The position numbers and the translations under genes were made by a program. A stretch of DNA of 64,000 bases. It comes from Takakia lepidozioides (Eukaryota > Plantae > Bryophyta). Each line of letters begins with the position of its first letter. Position 1 is the stretch's first letter. Location: NCBI GenBank assembly GCA_030704615.1, contig CM060733.1, positions 75,392,001 to 75,456,000 of the forward strand, given 5' to 3'. The notes below the pieces were generated by a model that saw only the letters and a list, made by a program, of their open reading frames with translations, searched no databases and had not been told where the DNA came from. Below, in pieces: positions 59,565-64,000 of this stretch.

Positions 59565-61648
59565 TGCAAAGTGAGATTTGAAGCTCTTCTCCTGCTCCCA
59601 CAGTGAGCTCCAGATAAAGAAAACAAAGAACTGACCTTGAAATGCTGCTCTTTACACTACACATGCCATCCTAATATGAGCCATAGAGTTCACTCTCTCA
59701 AATCTCAGCAACAAAAAATGTAGAAAACAGAGGTGCCAGAAGGCGAAGACACTTTGGACTCAAATCTTGCCATTGTCGATGGTGAAAACCAAATTAGCTG
59801 CTAGAGATACGCTAAATACTCATCAATCAAACATGGGACAGTACATTAGGTCAAGCTGCCATCCTTACTTCAAAACTAATAATACATGGAATTCACAGTC
59901 TCACCAATAAAGATAATGGTACACCAAACCTCCCTTGGCAGTTATATTAAATGGCAGAGTGCTAGAGGTAAAAAAGGGCGTTCACCATGGTTAACGGTGG
60001 TACTAAACACGTTCACAGATCCGGAGGTAACGCTGTAGATAGTCACGTTTGCGCAAATAGTCATAAGGGGATTTGCAGACCTCGGGTACGTGCAGTAAAA
60101 TATGTGCTAAAAAGAGAGAAAAAAAAAGATACGGGGAAAATGAAAAATTCTCTCCGCCCGATTCAGTAGTGTACACTCGGGACCATGATTCACCGCCAGC
60201 ATGAGCTCTTGTAAGAGAGAACTACTCTCTACGCATATACCTTACCACCAATCTCATGAAAGCGGGCGAATCTTGCGACTAACGATCTACATTTCTCTAA
60301 TTTCTCCTCTCCAGCTGTAACGCTCCTTAACGTCATCAGAATCTGCGGGTTCTTGAATCAATTCTTGAAATCCACAAAGATTTTGCTACCTTGACTGTTT
60401 TCTCTCACACTCTGCTACGCACTGATGCCCGTAAGCTCTTTCAGCTTCCTGTGGGAGTTATCAAGCTTCTTTATTTCTTTCACTCATACTCTCCCTCTCC
60501 TTCCATTAGTGACTGAACACTGTATTCTCCGGAGAAGTAAAATCTTACAGCGACAAGCATTCGCTTCCAAGAATGCACATTATTCCGTTCCAGATTTGAA
60601 GCACAGCCTACAGAACACATTTTCTTGAAGAAATCATAACTCATTGCAAGCGGCTCGCTCGCAGACCAAGATCTAAACCTCAGCGCACAAGAAAACTATA
60701 GCCCCTCGATGCAAGATCTCGATGAAATTAAAGAGACAAACAAAAACAGAGAAAGAGAGAGGGAAGAAGAGCCACCGCTGACATCCACATCATTCCAAAC
60801 GCACCTGAGTCAGGCAAAGCAATCTGCCACGGAAAACTACCGAAGCTCCCAGACAATGGAATGCAGAGCTGCTCTGCAAACAATTAGAGCGCAGGATCTT
60901 GATGTCGTCCTGGCCTCTCTCACACACCACCCTGCGCTGGCAACACCGCACCAGGTCTTCATCCATCCATCCAACACGCTCCACTAACGCCTGGATGCCA
61001 AATCACATTATAAGCGGATGCATCCACGATCGGATGAACAACGAATCCATCCGAAACTGTTCATCTAAGAAACAGATAGGTTCTAGGTCTTCATCCGTTG
61101 CGTGTGCCACGTGTCTCTAGTAGGTGGAAATGGATGGAGGACGTTAGGAGAGTCATTCATCGCGATGAGCTGGAGCAGCGCTGAGTCGACACGCAATGCA
61201 GAAGAAAAGAAAAAGCATCTTCTTACACGAATTTGAGCATCTGTTACGGATATATTTATGGAATCATTCTCTGGGGTCTGGCATCTCTTACTTGCAAGTG
61301 TGACGAAGTTATGGGTAACGGCTGTTCACAGGAACAGGACAGTGCTGGAGGATTGTTGAGATGCAAGCGATGGTGGAGGTATCCGTCGGGTTGCGGGCTG
61401 TGCGATGTGCTTAAAGAGACGGCCACGGTTTGATGGATCTGCAAGAGTGGGGAGGTTTTGGGTGCTTGTGCTTGACGTTTGTTGCAGCCGTTTGTTGCAG
61501 CCGTTATGCCTACAGGAAGGCCTGAAGCAGTGGGCTGGAGAAGAGAGGGAGAAGGAAGCACGTGAGAAGACTGGGAGAGGAATGATAGGAAGAATTTGGA
61601 AGCGCTCAGGCCGAAAGGGAGTGGAGAGAGCAGGGGCTAGGGAGTGCA

Positions 61649-63850
61649 ATGTCGTCCTTGGATCCATTTTACCTTGTCAAAGAGGAGATTCAAGACTCGG
61701 TGCGCCGTGCTCTTCTTTTAGGTCGCTGATAGGTCCATCCTATGTTTTAATATCTCTCTCTCGCGCCCCCCCGCTCGCCCCCTCCCCCTGCGAATTATCC
61801 TAATTTCCAGCATCTAAGTTAGAACTATCAGCGATGTAAGCGATGTCTTCAAGGTTCTGCCAAACCGCTCAAATTGTCCCTTCGTATATAATATGATTTC
61901 AAGTTGATGTGCACTAAGGGAACCGTTGAGTTAGAAAGAGGCTCGCGAGCGCTATTATCGAGGATACAGAAGAGTGAGGAAAGGTGAGTTTGGTGCATGG
62001 AGCTGGTTTTAGGTGAGGAAGGAGCAGGCGCGATATGGAAGGTGGCAGCAGTTGCCACCCAGTTCGAATGACCGTGCTGAGCTCACCAAGGCACTAGTCA
62101 GAGGCTGTGACAGTGTTGAATGGCAGGTTTAATCATATAGTACTATCTTTTCCTCCCTAGTCCTCCTATGCCTGCTTTGTTCCAATTGATCCTAACTGCA
62201 TTGGCTTTGGGCTGCCTTAAGTAGTCATTTGTGTACTTGTCAGATGTTCATTTGGATACCCATAGCGAGCCACCTCACGCAACCATGAGTCCACCACTCG
62301 ATGTCATTTTGAGTGACTTGATTGCTTATATGATTTTGCGCCAGCTGATCTTTGCTGAATTGGGGTGCTGGTGTTGGAAGGAAGTTGGGTGAGCTTGATA
62401 GAGCTATCGCAGTTGCGGAAAGGGATCCTGTCAAGTTCTCTATTGATAGAGTAGAAATAGAGAAGCGTCGCAAATGGACGAGCTCTACCCGCTCCCAGGT
62501 AGGGTATGGTTGTGCCTGGTTATGTGCTTGGTTGTGGTTTCAAAACTTGCCAAATCCTCTTACGTCCCCAATTGAACCCCTTCCCGCGCTCTTGACATTG
62601 GTAGCTGCAATACAAGATCTGCAATCTGACATTTTATGTTTGACGTAATGTACGAATGTAAGCGTGGATGCAAGTTCGTTTCTAACATTTGCTTTCGAGA
62701 AGGTAGCAGTGAGATCTTAATTCGCAAGCTTGCATGGGGCCTCAACTATTTTAGGAGCAGATGCTAAGAGTACGTACTTACTGGCGGGCACCTGATCACC
62801 AGATCCAATCATTGAAGAGAACGTTGGCAACAGCAACTGGCAAGCCTCCAACCATCAATCCGCGCCAGGAATTGCTGGTACCGGAGAAACCACAGCCGCC
62901 CCCGCCTCCCAAACTCCTGAGGAGACAAGATCCGAAACAGAACGAGAACTTCATCCAGAGCGAGACCGACAAACAATCCCTTATCCTGAAGTACAACATA
63001 CTCATATTCTTACTCCATACCATGAGCGAGACTTGCCAGCTCCCTTCTCTCAGCTCTAAATTTGTCAACAGTTGAACTGGATGCAATTCATGGTTCAACT
63101 TGTACAACTAGATCCTATGAACAGTGCTTTCTTCAAAGACTTTCCCTGTTGGTAGGAGCGGAGGTGATCTCTGGACTTCGTCGGTGCCCTTCAGAAATTT
63201 CTGGAGTTTTTTAGTCCACGTTATATGCTGTTGCTGTCAATGCAGAAACACAATCTGAACAAATCACCAACAAATAAGAAATGCAAATCGGTAGGGCCAT
63301 GGTCTGCAGACTGAGCCTAGGGTTGTTAAAAAGCTTTCTTTCACATAGAGGGAGAATGTGGTCAGTTTTTCATATTTCATATTTCTTTGTAGACTTTCCA
63401 GATTAGTTTGCACAACAGGTTGTTCCACGTATGATCAAAACGCAGTGGATGACATGAGTTGCTTCCACAGAGTAGGGATAGCAAACTTGTACGAGAGGCA
63501 AGAAAATTGAGCAACTTGTATTGTCTGGAATAGTGAGGTCCTAAATCTTAACAGTCTGGACAGGTATCTAAACTTTCATTGCTGGAGTTTCCCAGTATAT
63601 CCACAGGTTGGTTTGATGTGGTGGATTGGAATCTTTGAAGACATATAGGTGGTTTCAGTTTCTACTGTACTGGGGTGTGTCAAGATCGCTTGATGGTGGT
63701 GTCTTGGTTCCTGGTATGTGGTGCTCACACTTCTGCATGTATGTAATCTTCACCACTAGGGAACAAGATAAGGACTTGGAAGACCTCAGTGCCAGTGTAA
63801 ACAGATTGGGTGATGTCGGCCTCACAATTCACGAAGAGCTTAGTGGCCAG
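61649..63850 (+). CDS. SYP61: Syntaxin-61 (Qc-SNARE), first five exons: 61649-61699, 62013-62126, 62385-62498, 62803-62990, 63760-63850; continues beyond the window
   Basis: MSSLDPFYLVKEEIQDS|...GCDSVEWQ|LGELDRAIAVAERDP..IEKRRKWTSSTRSQ|...ETDKQSLILK|EQDKDLEDLSASVNRLGDVGLTIHEELSGQ. All introns are GT-AG and frame-consistent. Confidence 0.93.
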
Positions 63851-64000
63851 GTACCTGCGCACAGATCATATCTCCATTTGCTCCATGGGACTCCCACACT
63901 CTGCAACTTTCAGTTCCCTAGGCTCATAGTAGAGCCGAGAGTCACTTCGTTTCTTCAGTATGTTCACTGGAGGGAGGTGATACATGCAGGAGAGACTTGT

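Overview
Eukaryotic nuclear DNA from a land plant, probably a non-seed plant (inferred from the PLS-PPR/DYW style and the TE families). The first ~45 kb is a nest of decayed mobile elements. These include a non-chromovirus Ty3/gypsy family (three 983-bp-type LTR copies, PBS, PPT, gag-PR-RT-RH-INT), a 3.55-kb TG..CA insertion with a 5-bp TSD, a CRE-like REL-endonuclease LINE and a T-tailed tRNA-derived SINE. The right part holds a PLS-class PPR gene with a decayed E+/DYW tail, L1/Tx1-type LINE fragments interrupted by a MITE, a second SINE copy, a 4-TM membrane protein gene and the 5' five exons of syntaxin SYP61. The most striking item is an unclassified large element present as three same-orientation partial copies (1-283, 7414-14262, 25243-~31376). 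It carries an intron-containing gene that joins a ParB/Srx-like domain (FHVWDGNH[R]LLAW) to a beta-class N6A/N4C DNA-methyltransferase-like domain. It also carries a divergently transcribed SWIM zinc-finger gene and about 40-45 copies of one quasi-palindrome (GGAAA-N3-GGCGCC-N3-TTTCC) in several tandem arrays with different unit sequences. Two neighbouring segments each carry their own dispersed palindrome, and one of them has an FCP1/NIF-like phosphatase pseudogene. Domain calls come from motif recognition only; no searches were run.
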